Of a stretch of 64,000 nt of DNA, positions 16,563 through 26,239 are shown in pieces. How positions within the stretch are numbered: the stretch's first letter is position 1; every line of letters starts with the position of its first letter. The stretch spans positions 73,436-137,435 of the forward strand of contig DASTHW010000013.1 in NCBI GenBank assembly GCA_035717985.1, given 5' to 3'. The translations under genes and the position numbers were made by a program. A model generated the notes under the pieces. The model did no database searches, was not told where the DNA came from, and saw only the letters and a list, made by a program, of their open reading frames with translations. The DNA comes from Candidatus Saccharimonadales bacterium (GTDB taxonomy: Bacteria > Patescibacteriota > Saccharimonadia > Saccharimonadales > UBA10212).

Positions 16563-17648
16563 TTAGCTACGCAGGGGCATTATCAAATGCAGATAGCCGG
16601 GGTCGGTACTAGAGCGCAAAATACACGGCTCTAGCTTGCCATTAAAACAAAACTCAACTTCTTCACCGCTTACGGCGTTAAGAGCGTCTATTAGATAGCG
16701 TGAATTTAGAGTGACTTCGCCTTCGCCGCTAACTTCGGCGTTGGCGGTAGCTGTATTTTCACCCACCTGAGAAGCGATAGAATTAATGCTTACTTTGCCG
16801 TCACTGGCTTTAATGGTGATACTGCCGGCGCTCTCTCTAGCAAACAAGCTGGAGATCTTGGTAATATTAGCAAAATCGGCTTTAGATAGTTTAGCGGTGG
16901 TAGCAAATTTGGTTGGGATTAATTTTTTATAATCCGGATAATTACCCTCCACTAGGCGGGCGACTAGACTAATATCACCAACCTGGAATAGTGCCTGCTG
17001 ATCATCGTGAGTAATCACTACCTCTTTGTCGCTGTCGGAAATAATTCTAAGTAGGTCATTGGCGGCGCTAGCCGGCACCAGAAAATTAACTTCCTGTTTA
17101 GATTTGCCGATTTTACGTTCGGCTAGGCGGTAACTGTCAGTGGCTACGGCGATAACATTACCGGCCTCTGAGCAAAAATAGACGCCGGTTAATATCGGCC
17201 GGGCGTCATCGGTGCTGGCCGCAAAAACTACCTGAGAAAGTGTCTTTTTAAACTCGGCGGCCGGCACCTTCCATAAATTATCACCTTTAATAGCCGGCAT
17301 TACCGGAAACTCCTCGGCCGACATGCCGTTGATGGTGGAGTGAAATTTATCGGTGGTGATAAGCAGGCGGTTATCTTTAGTTTCTAGCTCAATCCGGCTA
17401 TCCGGCAGATTACCTATAAAATCCTGCATTAGACGGGCTGGCACTGTCACCGCGCCGCCCTCATCAATCTTGCTCCCAATGAAATGGCTAATAGCTATAT
17501 CAAGGTTGGTGGCGGCAATACTTAGGCGGTTGTTTTCAGCCTTAAGTAAAATATTAGATAAAATCGGCAAAGTTCCACGGTTAACAGCCACTCGGGCTAC
17601 CGAGTTTAGGGCTTTGGCTAAGTTTTCCTGGGTTACCTGTAATTTCAT
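16563..17648 (-). CDS. dnaN: DNA polymerase III beta sliding clamp
   Basis: 361 aa. The N-terminus is MKLQVTQENLAKALNSVARVAVNRGTLPILSNILLKA and the C-terminus is MPLRS. It lies in dnaA-dnaN-recF synteny. Confidence 0.95.
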   Translation of the reverse strand: MKLQVTQENLAKALNSVARVAVNRGTLPILSNILLKAENNRLSIAATNLDIAISHFIGSKIDEGGAVTVPARLMQDFIGNLPDSRIELETKDNRLLITTDKFHSTINGMSAEEFPVMPAIKGDNLWKVPAAEFKKTLSQVVFAASTDDARPILTGVYFCSEAGNVIAVATDSYRLAERKIGKSKQEVNFLVPASAANDLLRIISDSDKEVVITHDDQQALFQVGDISLVARLVEGNYPDYKKLIPTKFATTAKLSKADFANITKISSLFARESAGSITIKASDGKVSINSIASQVGENTATANAEVSGEGEVTLNSRYLIDALNAVSGEEVEFCFNGKLEPCILRSSTDPGYLHLIMPLRS

Positions 17649-17912
17649 ATATTAATTTATATAAGATTTGTATTCGTATTAATAATGCCTGTGGTTAATG
17701 AGTAAAGCCGGGAGTTAACAGATAAATTTTGGCTAAAAAAGCTGTGACCAAAACTGTGGGAAAGATAAGCAAAAGCTGTGCGGTTTATGTGAAAAATCTC
17801 ACGGCAACACCGGCAAATTACAACAGAGGCTGTGGTTAGGCGGGAAAAATAACCGGCTTTTACCAGCGATTTACTAGCTTTTTGCACCATCTTTCCACAG
17901 GGTTGAGCTAGG
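17649..17912. other. oriC part 2: dnaA-dnaN spacer with AT-rich unwinding region and DnaA-box-like sites
   Basis: An AT-rich stretch lies at about 17646-17690. TGTGG-core boxes are TGTGGTTAA 17690-17698, TGTGGGAAA 17755-17763, TGTGGTTAG 17831-17839 and CTGTGGAAA (reverse complement) 17892-17900. Each has 1-3 mismatches to TGTGGATAA. Confidence 0.55.
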
Positions 17913-19307
17913 TTAAGCATATAGCTTCTCCTTGATTTCATTGACGTACTGCTTAATTACACCCTCATAACTCATCTCCCGCTCAATCTTTTCAATCGAG
18001 TGAATGGCGGTTGTGTGGTCTTTACGGCCTAACTCATGAGCAATTTTAGGAAACGACAAGTGAAGTTCGGAGCGCAAAATGTACATGGCAATTTGGCGAG
18101 GAACCACAATATCCTTATCGCGCTTAGGGCCTAAGATATCTTCCATTGAGACGTGAAAATGCCGGGCGGTGCGCTCAATAATATGACGCGGGTTGATGTG
18201 TTTTGGCCGGTTTTTAGTATTTTCATAAAGAGCGCTGACAACTTCTAGCGACGGCTCTACGCCGCGCATCTCGCAAAAAGCCAGTAGCTGGTTTAAGGCG
18301 CCCTCTAGCTCGCGGATATTGCTTTGGACTCGGCTGGCTAGAAACTCGACAACCGCCGGCTCCAGCTCCACATTTTGGCTGGCGGCCTTGGTGTGCAGGA
18401 TGGCGCACCGGGTTTCAAAATCCGGGGTTTGCATATCGATGGTCATACCCCAGGCAAAACGGCTCCGCAGGCGCTCTTCCAGGGTCGGGATATCCTTGGG
18501 CTGTTTGTCACTACTCATAATTATTTGCTTGTTGGCCTGATGCAGGGCATTGAAGGTGTGAAAGAACTCCTCTTGGATTTTCTCTTTGCCGGCCAAAAAT
18601 TGGACATCGTCGACAATTAAGACATCGGCGCTTCGGTAAAAACCGGCAAAATCGCTGGTATTTTTCTTAAACCTCAGAGCGTCAACAAATTCCTGGACAA
18701 ACTGCTCAGTCGAGACGTAAACCACTTTAGAATTTGGCCGGGCGGCTAGTAGGGCTGTGCCGACAGCCTGGATTAAGTGAGTTTTGCCGATACCCACGCC
18801 GCCGTATAAAAACAGCGGATTATATTTAGTGCCGGGATTCTGAGTAATAGCTTGGCAGGCCGCATAGGCCAGTTCATTGCCGGCACCGACTACAAAATTT
18901 TCAAACGTATAACGCTCGTTTAAACCCTGGCGATAGGAGTGAGCCGAGGCGCTAACAGTGGTTTGCGGGCGGACAGCGGTAGCTGTGGCGGTTTGGCTAG
19001 CCGGCGCGCTTTTAGGGTTACGCAGTATCTGATCGTCCTCTACCCGCGGTGCCGGTGATATGCCGGTGTGGATTTTATATTCTACCCGCTCGGGCTCCAC
19101 GCCGTTTTTAGATAATACTTCAGTGATAAGGTCGTTGAATTTCCGCTCTAGCTGGTTTTTGACAAAGATATTAGGTACGCCGATTACCACTAGGCCGTCG
19201 TGATTTTTAATTAATTTAGTATTTTTAAACCAGGTCACAAAGTTGCCGCGCGAAATACTTAGTTCTATCTCGCCCAACACCGCTTGCCATAGGTTAGTTT
19301 CCTGCAT
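17913..19307 (-). CDS. dnaA: Chromosomal replication initiator DnaA
   Basis: 464 aa. Has the AAA+ Walker A (GGVGIGKTHL) and the box VII/sensor region. The C-terminal HTH is DHTTAIHSIEKI. Confidence 0.95.
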   Translation of the reverse strand: MQETNLWQAVLGEIELSISRGNFVTWFKNTKLIKNHDGLVVIGVPNIFVKNQLERKFNDLITEVLSKNGVEPERVEYKIHTGISPAPRVEDDQILRNPKSAPASQTATATAVRPQTTVSASAHSYRQGLNERYTFENFVVGAGNELAYAACQAITQNPGTKYNPLFLYGGVGIGKTHLIQAVGTALLAARPNSKVVYVSTEQFVQEFVDALRFKKNTSDFAGFYRSADVLIVDDVQFLAGKEKIQEEFFHTFNALHQANKQIIMSSDKQPKDIPTLEERLRSRFAWGMTIDMQTPDFETRCAILHTKAASQNVELEPAVVEFLASRVQSNIRELEGALNQLLAFCEMRGVEPSLEVVSALYENTKNRPKHINPRHIIERTARHFHVSMEDILGPKRDKDIVVPRQIAMYILRSELHLSFPKIAHELGRKDHTTAIHSIEKIEREMSYEGVIKQYVNEIKEKLYA

Positions 19308-19560
19308 TTTTTCTGTACGCTCTTCCTATTAAGGGCTAAAAACGAACCCAAAAGTTATCCATCACTATAGACCAAGGACTGGGTTTTTTCCACAGGCAAA
19401 AACTAACTAGTGCAGTCAAAAGCTAAAAAGTCACACATAAGGTGATTTTTTATACACACCGTATACACGCCCCTGTTATTTTGTGGAGAATTATAGCCGT
19501 TTTGGGGATAAGCTAGGCTGTTTTGTGGGTTAGCATTGTTTTTTTAACCAGCCGGCGTAA
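19308..19560. other. oriC part 1: rpmH-dnaA spacer with DnaA-box cluster
   Basis: Box-like 9-mers are TTATCCATC 19354-19362, TTTTCCACA 19385-19393, TTATACACA 19449-19457, TGTGGAGAA 19481-19489, TGGGGATAA 19512-19520 and TGTGGGTTA 19533-19541. Each has 1-2 mismatches to TTATCCACA or its complement. Confidence 0.6.
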
Positions 19561-19622
19561 TTTTTAGCAAAAGTATGATACGGCCCCTTACAAGAGGTGA
19601 TTTAATCTGCTAAGGTAGTAGA

Positions 19623-19760
19623 ATGCCCAAACGAACTTATCAGCCCAAAAAAGCTCAGCGTAGCCGCGAACACGGCTTTTTGAAGCGCATGAGCACTAAA
19701 GCCGGCCGTAATGTCCTGCGCCGCCGGCGGCTTAAGGGCCGCGCCCGTCTGTCTCATTAA
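19623..19760 (+). CDS. rpmH: 50S ribosomal protein L34
   Basis: Not in the ORF track (45 aa). My translation is [45 protein letters not shown]. It sits in the canonical position upstream of rnpA. Confidence 0.95.
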   Translation: MPKRTYQPKKAQRSREHGFLKRMSTKAGRNVLRRRRLKGRARLSH

Positions 19761-19811
19761 ATCGCCCGCTAACTGGTACCGTCGGTCCCAGCTTGCTAAT
19801 CTATTAACTAG

Positions 19812-20171
19812 ATGATTGGAAGAACTCACCGGTTTCACGGCTATGCTAGCCTGCGCTATGTCTACCGTCACGGTCAAACCGTACGCGGGCCGCTGTTCGC
19901 CGTAAAAGCAATAGCTAACCCAAAGCGCAGTGGTTACCGGGCGGCGATTGTGGTTAGCCGTAAGGTTAATAAATCAGCCGTCGCTAGAAACCGCATTCGT
20001 CGGCGGCTTTATGAGGCCATTAGGCTGATGGAAGATCAGATTAGCCAGCCGCACGACATCGTGATAACCGTTTTTCAAGACGGTGTTTTGCAGGAGCCGT
20101 TTGAAAACCTTAGCCGGCAATTGCGGCGCCAGCTCGTCCTAGCCGGCGTAATCGGCATACGCCGGCCTTAA
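19812..20171 (+). CDS. rnpA: Ribonuclease P protein component
   Basis: 119 aa and basic. Contains KVNKSAVARNRIRRRLYEAIR (RNR motif). It lies in rpmH-rnpA-yidC synteny. Confidence 0.9.
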   Translation: MIGRTHRFHGYASLRYVYRHGQTVRGPLFAVKAIANPKRSGYRAAIVVSRKVNKSAVARNRIRRRLYEAIRLMEDQISQPHDIVITVFQDGVLQEPFENLSRQLRRQLVLAGVIGIRRP

Positions 20172-20242
20172 GAAGCCAAGCGTTTAACCGGCGGTACCCT
20201 GGCGTGCTATCATAAATCGAAGGTTTTAAAGAGTTTTTAGCC

Positions 20243-21265
20243 ATGTTTACGACTATTATTGTCCAGCCGATTTTTAATTTCCTGGTTTTGATTACGGCTA
20301 TTATTCCGGGCCATAACTTTGGCCTGGCTATCATTATCTTTACGCTGATTATCCGGATTTTGATGTGGCCGCTGGTTAGAAAACAGCTTAACCACGCTAA
20401 AGCCATGCGCGAGCTGGCGCCGGAGCTCAAAAAGATTAAGGCCGCCGCCAAGGGCGACCGCCAGGAAGAATCGCGCCTAACTATGGAGCTTTATAAAGAA
20501 AAAGAGGTAAACCCGTTTGCCTCTATTGGCATACTTTTGGTGCAGGTGCCGATTTTAATCGGCCTTTATAGCGGCATTAGAAAGATTATCGGCGACCCCC
20601 ACCAGATACTGACATTTTCTTATTCCGGCCTGCATCATCTGGCCTGGATGCAATCTCTAGCGCATAACATTCATAATTTTGATGAGACGCTTTTTGGCGT
20701 AGTTAACCTTACCCGCACAGCGCTGGATACGCACGGTGTTTATTGGGCGGCTATGGTGATAGTTATCGCCAGCGCCATTGCCCAATATTTGCAGAGCCGG
20801 CAGTTAATGCCCAAAACCGGCGAGTCGCGCGGCCTGCGGGCGATTATGCGCGAGGCCGGCAAAGGTAAGCAGACCGACCAAATGGAGGTCAACGCCGCTG
20901 TCAGCCGCACCACCCTTATTTTTGTGCCGCTAGTAGTACTTTTGGTATCTCTTCATCTAGCGGTCGCTTTGCCGCTGTACTGGCTGACCAGTAGCGTCAT
21001 TGCTTATATTCAGCAGTCCCGGATCCTGCGTGAGGATGCCGCCGATGCTGACGCCTCGGTTACGCCGGCCGCCCCGCCCCGAAAAGTGATAAGCCGGCCC
21101 AAAGTGTCTTTTAAAGAACGGCTAGTCAAAAAGGAAGCTCCGGTAGCGCCGGCTCAAACTATCGAAACTAAAGAAGGTCTAAAAGTTACGCGCCACACCC
21201 TGGGTGACGCCAAAAAACAAAAACCAAGACGCCCCCCTCGTAAATCTAAAAGGAGGAGAAGATGA
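20243..21265 (+). CDS. yidC: YidC/Oxa1-family membrane protein insertase (short Gram-positive type) with basic tail
   Basis: 340 aa. Contains IIIFTLIIRILMWPLVRKQLNHAKAMRELAPELKKIK and 5 TM helices. The C-terminal tail is Lys/Arg-rich. Confidence 0.9.
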   Translation: MFTTIIVQPIFNFLVLITAIIPGHNFGLAIIIFTLIIRILMWPLVRKQLNHAKAMRELAPELKKIKAAAKGDRQEESRLTMELYKEKEVNPFASIGILLVQVPILIGLYSGIRKIIGDPHQILTFSYSGLHHLAWMQSLAHNIHNFDETLFGVVNLTRTALDTHGVYWAAMVIVIASAIAQYLQSRQLMPKTGESRGLRAIMREAGKGKQTDQMEVNAAVSRTTLIFVPLVVLLVSLHLAVALPLYWLTSSVIAYIQQSRILREDAADADASVTPAAPPRKVISRPKVSFKERLVKKEAPVAPAQTIETKEGLKVTRHTLGDAKKQKPRRPPRKSKRRRR

Positions 21266-21918
21266 TGCAAAATTCTAATGAGCAGCCAGGCGCTAGCGCG
21301 GTCCGAGCTTCTCAGAATGAGTCGATGGAAGAGGCGATTATGTTCGCCAAGAAATATTTAGAGGATTTACTATCCTTTTTTGGCTTAAACACCGATGTTT
21401 ATGCCACCACCGAGGATGATGAAGTTATAGAGCTGGATATCCCGTCTACCCACCTAAACGGCTTTTTGATTGGCCAACACGGCGACACTATGCGGGCTCT
21501 GCAGTACACCATTTCTAACGCCCTGAAGAATAAAAATTTCAGCCACACCCGGGTAAACGTAGACGTGGCCGATTATAAAAAGAACCGAGCCGAGCGGGTG
21601 GTCAAAAATGTAGAAGAGTGGTTCCGCCACGTGCGCGACTCTGGCCAGGCCAAAGAATTGCCGCCCATGAATGCGGCAGACCGGCGGGTGGTGCATAAAG
21701 CCGCCGTTGATTATGGTCTGAATTCAGAATCTAGCGGTTTCGGCCGGGACCGCCACATTGTGCTTAAACCTGCCGAAGGGCCCGAAGAAAAGACAGATAA
21801 AAAGCCAGCCCAAGAAGAAAAAGAAGCAAAATCCATGGAAAAGCCAGAAGAAATGCCTGCTAAGGCGGAGAAAAAGCCAAAAACCAAAACCAAAAAAGCG
21901 ACCAAAAAAGAAAAGTAA
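21262..21918 (+). CDS. jag: Jag/KhpB-like RNA-binding protein (KH plus R3H domains)
   Basis: 218 aa. The R3H motif region is DRRVVHKAAVDYGLNSESSGFGRDRHIVLKP. Its start overlaps the yidC stop (ATGATG). The tail is Lys-rich. Confidence 0.85.
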   Translation: MMQNSNEQPGASAVRASQNESMEEAIMFAKKYLEDLLSFFGLNTDVYATTEDDEVIELDIPSTHLNGFLIGQHGDTMRALQYTISNALKNKNFSHTRVNVDVADYKKNRAERVVKNVEEWFRHVRDSGQAKELPPMNAADRRVVHKAAVDYGLNSESSGFGRDRHIVLKPAEGPEEKTDKKPAQEEKEAKSMEKPEEMPAKAEKKPKTKTKKATKKEK

Positions 21919-24543
21919 TTATTTCTTAGTGTTTTTCACAGCCAGCCGCCAGGTAGTGAGTGAGATAGTGGCAAGGCTTGCTAGACCAATAGCTATAGTC
22001 AGGGTGTTGGAGCTTTTATACTGCGTCTCAGCCTGGCCATTTGAAGTGTTGGCCGCTAAAACCCGCGAAGGACCATTATTGTTAGGACTAGCTGGGGATA
22101 CCTCGCTGGCCACTAAAACTGGGTCTTGTGAGTTTGCTGTATTTTCCTTATTCAGAGACGAAATATCGCTATCTTGGTAAGCGGCCGGGGTGGGTGGATT
22201 ATCAATTGTGCCATCACAGGCGTCGTCAATACCGTCTTGATCGTAATCTTGGCTGGAGGCCGGTACGCCAACACAGGGTTCTATTGAGTCACCGACTCCA
22301 TCGCCGTCCAAATCTGCCGGGCTATCGGCTATGTAGATAGTTTTATAGATATCAACCGCCTGGCCGGATAAATCAGTGCCGTAGAAGTGGAGCGTGTGGT
22401 AACCCGTTGGCACACTGACAGGTATTTGAAGTGTCGCCGCCAGATTACCTGAGGAGTCGGTTGTATAAGTTCCGAGACCAATAGGCGTTGAGTGTAAAAC
22501 TGCTGTCAAAGAGGCCGCAGGTGGTAGGGCGTGGTCTGAGCCGGTAATAGAAACGGCGAGAGAGCTGTTTTGATAAGCAATATCATCACTAATAGAGCTA
22601 TCCAGTTCAGCTGAGCCGGTTTGCTGGCCGCCGGCCGGAACGTCTAGAAGTTCTAAACCGGCTGAAGGCGGTGGAGCGGCCGCCAAATTGACGGATGGCA
22701 TAGGGTCGGTCAAACCGTGAGTGATGCCTAAAATGGTGTTTTCAAGAAGGTGGTAGCCAAAGGCATTTGGATGATAACTTTCGGCGCCAATCGGCCCACC
22801 CAGCACCCTTGGCCGATCATTGCCGGCGGTTAAGCCGTTCATGGCAATTGAGCCTGGCCCAGCTTCACATAGGCGGTGCCCAGATAGAGCACCTTGGGTA
22901 TCGACGTAAAAAACACCGGCTTTGGCCGCCGCTTGCGCCAGCACGCCATCTAAGTAGCCGATTAACTGTTGGGAGAAAATAAGCTCATCGTGGTCAAGGT
23001 GGACATTTACAGCACAGTCCCCATCAGGATAAGCAATTTGCGGATAGCCAATTACGTAAAGGCGCATATCGGGCGGGCCAGCGTGCTTGATTTGTTGATA
23101 AGTGCTAACTAGCTCAGGAAAGACTTGTTGGTTAATAAGATTGACTAACTGCAGGCGCTCCTCATAAGTCGAGTAGCAGGTATTACCCTGCCAAGGCTCG
23201 ACGCACTTTTGAAGGATGCCAGCAAAGCCCATATCATTGCCGCCAACCGATAAGGTTACTGCTTGGGGTTGGTATTCTTGTACAAAATTTAATTGGTCGA
23301 GGTAGCCAGGCTCGAAGGAAGAGAGGATAGTGTTGATCTCACTGGCGGTGCGGTTTCTCTTAGGAATTCCATCCTCTTGTCCTATGTAGTCTCGGGATGA
23401 GTTGGACAAATCGTTCATTACAGCGCCAGAGCAGGCTACGGAATGGTAAGAACTGTAGTCCAACGATCCTCCAATCAAGTAAGGATAAGACACTAAAGAA
23501 ACATGACAGCGATTGTCATCCGTATCGGTACCGCCCTGGTAATCTCGGGCTCCCTCGCCGGAGATATATGAATCGCCAAGAGCCAGGTATTGAACTCGGC
23601 TGGTTGTGTCAGAAGTACTGACAATGAACCGAGCCGTCTTCGTTTTGGAATCCTGAACAAAGTTAGCATAAACTGCCAGTTTATCGTCAGCCAGGAACCG
23701 GACGCTGTCAACAGACGTATAACCAGCCACGCTATCTTGCATAAACTTATTTAAATCTCGAAACTTACAGTCGAGCGAACCTGTTATGACGCTTGGTACC
23801 GCGCCGCAGGTACCCAAATCGTAAATGGCAAAGTCGTAAAAATTTCTGGACGCAACTACGGCATAATGGCCGTCATTAGATATTGCCGTCCGTGGAGACG
23901 GAGCATAACCAATGGTGTAGTTAAAGCCGGAGGCAAAAGGCACTACCTCAAAAGTATCTAAATTAACTCTTAACATCGCGACATTGGGGTCAGACACAAC
24001 CATCCACTGACCATTTTGTGAAAAACTCATTGACTGCAGGTCGGCTGGTAAAAGTTTGCCGGATTTGTCCGCCAACCTGGCATCCGGAGACCGGTTGATA
24101 CGGTATATGTTTGTGCCATTATCCCTAGTCGCCGAAAGCGAGGAGCTAATATCATTAGTGAAATAGTAGTAAAGACCGTAAACCGGCCCGCCGGTGTAGC
24201 TAATGCCCGTATTAGAATTTGGTATTGGCTGAAAGTGGCGTTGGCCGTCAATATAGCTGGCCACTTGTCGAAAGTCGGCGGTGCCGTTTAGGCGAATAGC
24301 ACCGTTTTGGTCCGCGGCGCCATAAACGGTAGGCACGGAGCAGGCGAACTGGTTTTCCATAGAACAATCCACATTGTTATTCCAGGATGAAGGCAGAGCA
24401 CCAGTATCGGCTTGCTTTTTGATTGAGAGCGCCGAGGTAATCCAAGGGCTGTCATCTTCGGCGTGCACTGTTAAATTAACCGCTATGAAAGCAGACGCAA
24501 GGATAGCTAAAACAACCACCCAACCAAAAGTAAACCTGCGCAT
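21919..24543 (-). CDS. Large secreted SGNH/GDSL-family hydrolase with beta-propeller-like N-region, Asp-rich calcium-type repeats and C-terminal membrane anchor
   Basis: 874 aa with a signal peptide. The GDSL block I motif is YLALGDSYISGEGA. The segment DLDGDGVGDS...DYDQDGIDDACD resembles thrombospondin-type-3 or calcium-binding repeats. The C-terminal hydrophobic helix is followed by RLAVKNTKK. Confidence 0.75.
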   Translation of the reverse strand: MRRFTFGWVVVLAILASAFIAVNLTVHAEDDSPWITSALSIKKQADTGALPSSWNNNVDCSMENQFACSVPTVYGAADQNGAIRLNGTADFRQVASYIDGQRHFQPIPNSNTGISYTGGPVYGLYYYFTNDISSSLSATRDNGTNIYRINRSPDARLADKSGKLLPADLQSMSFSQNGQWMVVSDPNVAMLRVNLDTFEVVPFASGFNYTIGYAPSPRTAISNDGHYAVVASRNFYDFAIYDLGTCGAVPSVITGSLDCKFRDLNKFMQDSVAGYTSVDSVRFLADDKLAVYANFVQDSKTKTARFIVSTSDTTSRVQYLALGDSYISGEGARDYQGGTDTDDNRCHVSLVSYPYLIGGSLDYSSYHSVACSGAVMNDLSNSSRDYIGQEDGIPKRNRTASEINTILSSFEPGYLDQLNFVQEYQPQAVTLSVGGNDMGFAGILQKCVEPWQGNTCYSTYEERLQLVNLINQQVFPELVSTYQQIKHAGPPDMRLYVIGYPQIAYPDGDCAVNVHLDHDELIFSQQLIGYLDGVLAQAAAKAGVFYVDTQGALSGHRLCEAGPGSIAMNGLTAGNDRPRVLGGPIGAESYHPNAFGYHLLENTILGITHGLTDPMPSVNLAAAPPPSAGLELLDVPAGGQQTGSAELDSSISDDIAYQNSSLAVSITGSDHALPPAASLTAVLHSTPIGLGTYTTDSSGNLAATLQIPVSVPTGYHTLHFYGTDLSGQAVDIYKTIYIADSPADLDGDGVGDSIEPCVGVPASSQDYDQDGIDDACDGTIDNPPTPAAYQDSDISSLNKENTANSQDPVLVASEVSPASPNNNGPSRVLAANTSNGQAETQYKSSNTLTIAIGLASLATISLTTWRLAVKNTKK

Positions 24544-24591
24544 TGGCCCAACTTAACTTAGGCCAAATTATCCCACAATTTTCTCAGAGAC

Positions 24592-25218
24592 TCAACTAAC
24601 ACTGGAAGTCGGATAGTAGAGTTTTCGAGCGCTACCCCAACATCCAATACTTAGTTCAAATATTTTTTTAGAAGGGTCTTTTATTGAGAGATCTATTTCA
24701 CTGGGTAAATCATAAGTATATTTGAAGCTACACATTACGCCTTCGTGTGTCTTGTAATAATCTACAGATGAATTTACTGTTCCTGGAGCTGGTTTAACTA
24801 TTATATCCGAGGCTGGTGCTGATGAACTTCGGAATATGCTTCCAGACCCATTAATAGTTCCCTGTATTTCACTTTTTAGTCTATTAGCATCAGATTCACC
24901 AGGGACACCATAGGCTAAGTCAGAGGCCACCTCACAATAGATCGGGCCATTATTGAATGCGCGGCTAAGGCGGCTACATTCATTGGTTCGTCTGTGGCTA
25001 TCGGGCTGGCCGACTTGAGCAACTATGTCGGCATAGATTTTATCAATGGCCGCTCTGGCTTGCTCAAAATTGTGCTTTTCAATTCTTACGGCCACCGCCT
25101 GGTAAACAAATATTCCAATAACAACTAACACAACTAAAACAACTAGAGAAGTTATTTTGTGGCGGCCGATGGGGCTTAAAATTGAAGAAAAGCTGATTTT
25201 CTGCTTAGCCATTAGCAT
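24592..25218 (-). CDS. Membrane-anchored hypothetical protein
   Basis: 208 aa. One N-terminal TM helix (ITSLVVLVVLVVIGIFVY) is followed by a Cys-containing exo-domain. I recognise no family. Confidence 0.5.
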   Translation of the reverse strand: MLMAKQKISFSSILSPIGRHKITSLVVLVVLVVIGIFVYQAVAVRIEKHNFEQARAAIDKIYADIVAQVGQPDSHRRTNECSRLSRAFNNGPIYCEVASDLAYGVPGESDANRLKSEIQGTINGSGSIFRSSSAPASDIIVKPAPGTVNSSVDYYKTHEGVMCSFKYTYDLPSEIDLSIKDPSKKIFELSIGCWGSARKLYYPTSSVS

Positions 25219-25265
25219 ATTCTAGCTATTTAAAGCATAAAAAGTAAGCTGTAACTGACTATTGA

Positions 25266-26234
25266 CTAACTTACTTGGGCGTCCCAGGCAAAGCTATTGC
25301 CAAAGTGGCCATAGCGGGCCGTTTGCTCGAACTGTGGCTTGCGCAAATCCAGGAAATCTATGATGCCCTTCGGTGTTAAATCATAGCCCTCTACCGCATG
25401 GCTTTGGCCATCAGCCACAATGGTAGCCTCTACCGGCTGGGCCACGCCGATGGCATAAGCTAAATAGCAAAAAACCTCTTTAGCTTTATTTTTTCTAATG
25501 TAATCTACGGCCACACGACGGGCCATATAGGCGGCAGAACGGTCTACCTTAGTGGCGTCCTTACCCGAAAAAGCGCCCCCGCCAATAGGGATTTGCGGGC
25601 CATAGTTGTCTATAACCAGCTTTCGGCCGGTTAGGCCGCTGTCGGCGTCGAAGCCGCCTTGGCTCCAATCACCCGAGGGGTTAGCAAAGATATCAACATC
25701 TTTAACATGCGGCCGACCCTTAAGCCAATCGCTTACGGCGGCGTACAAATCTTTGCCTTTGGCGTTTTGAAAGCTGGCTACCAGGGCCGTAATTTTACCG
25801 TCGGCTAGGGTAACCTGGGTTTTGCCGTCATAAGGCCAAAGCTTAAATAGATGTTGATTAAGACGGCGGGCCAGAACCACCTCTAGCGGTAAAAGCTCCG
25901 GTGTTTCACTGGTGGCGTAGCCCACCATAATGCCCTGGTCGCCGGCGCCGCCGCTATCTACTCCCTGTGCTATCTCTGGGCTTTGATGCACGATTTTTTG
26001 CCGGAGGGTAACATTGCCGGCCAGGCGCTTAACTATTGGCGTAATGTTCACCTGGCCGTTAGCGGTGACTTCGCCCACCACAAAAACCTCGCTGTGGCCG
26101 CCGACGGCCTCTACGGCTACCCGCGCGCTAGGGTCAATCCTAAGATAGGCGTCTAAAATAGCGTCTGAAATCTGGTCGCACAGTTTATCCGGATGTTTTG
26201 GTGATACACTCTCGGCGGTTCTAAATTTTGGCAT
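25266..26234 (-). CDS. metK: S-adenosylmethionine synthetase (compact 322-aa form)
   Basis: Contains ESVSPKHPDKLCDQISDAILDA, GAGDQGIMVGYA, GGGAFSGKDATKVDRSAAYMAR and TARYGHFG. All are hallmark MetK motifs. The protein is about 60 aa shorter than the E. coli enzyme. Confidence 0.92.
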   Translation of the reverse strand: MPKFRTAESVSPKHPDKLCDQISDAILDAYLRIDPSARVAVEAVGGHSEVFVVGEVTANGQVNITPIVKRLAGNVTLRQKIVHQSPEIAQGVDSGGAGDQGIMVGYATSETPELLPLEVVLARRLNQHLFKLWPYDGKTQVTLADGKITALVASFQNAKGKDLYAAVSDWLKGRPHVKDVDIFANPSGDWSQGGFDADSGLTGRKLVIDNYGPQIPIGGGAFSGKDATKVDRSAAYMARRVAVDYIRKNKAKEVFCYLAYAIGVAQPVEATIVADGQSHAVEGYDLTPKGIIDFLDLRKPQFEQTARYGHFGNSFAWDAQVS

Positions 26235-26239
26235 TAAAA

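Noticed and set aside
17657-17941. 94-aa minus-strand ORF filling the dnaA-dnaN spacer
   Set aside because: It overlaps the dnaA 3' end, has no SD, and has a Cys/Arg/Ser-rich unnatural composition. It lies exactly on the DnaA-box/AT-rich region, so it is better explained as oriC.
19602-19877. 91-aa minus-strand ORF
   Set aside because: It is antisense to the unmistakable rpmH gene and to the rnpA start, so it is a shadow ORF.
21711-22180. ORFs 21711..21905 (-) and 21758..22180 (+), the latter Lys-rich
   Set aside because: They overlap the Lys-rich tail of jag and the 3' end of the SGNH hydrolase. They arise from the poly-purine AAG/AAA run.
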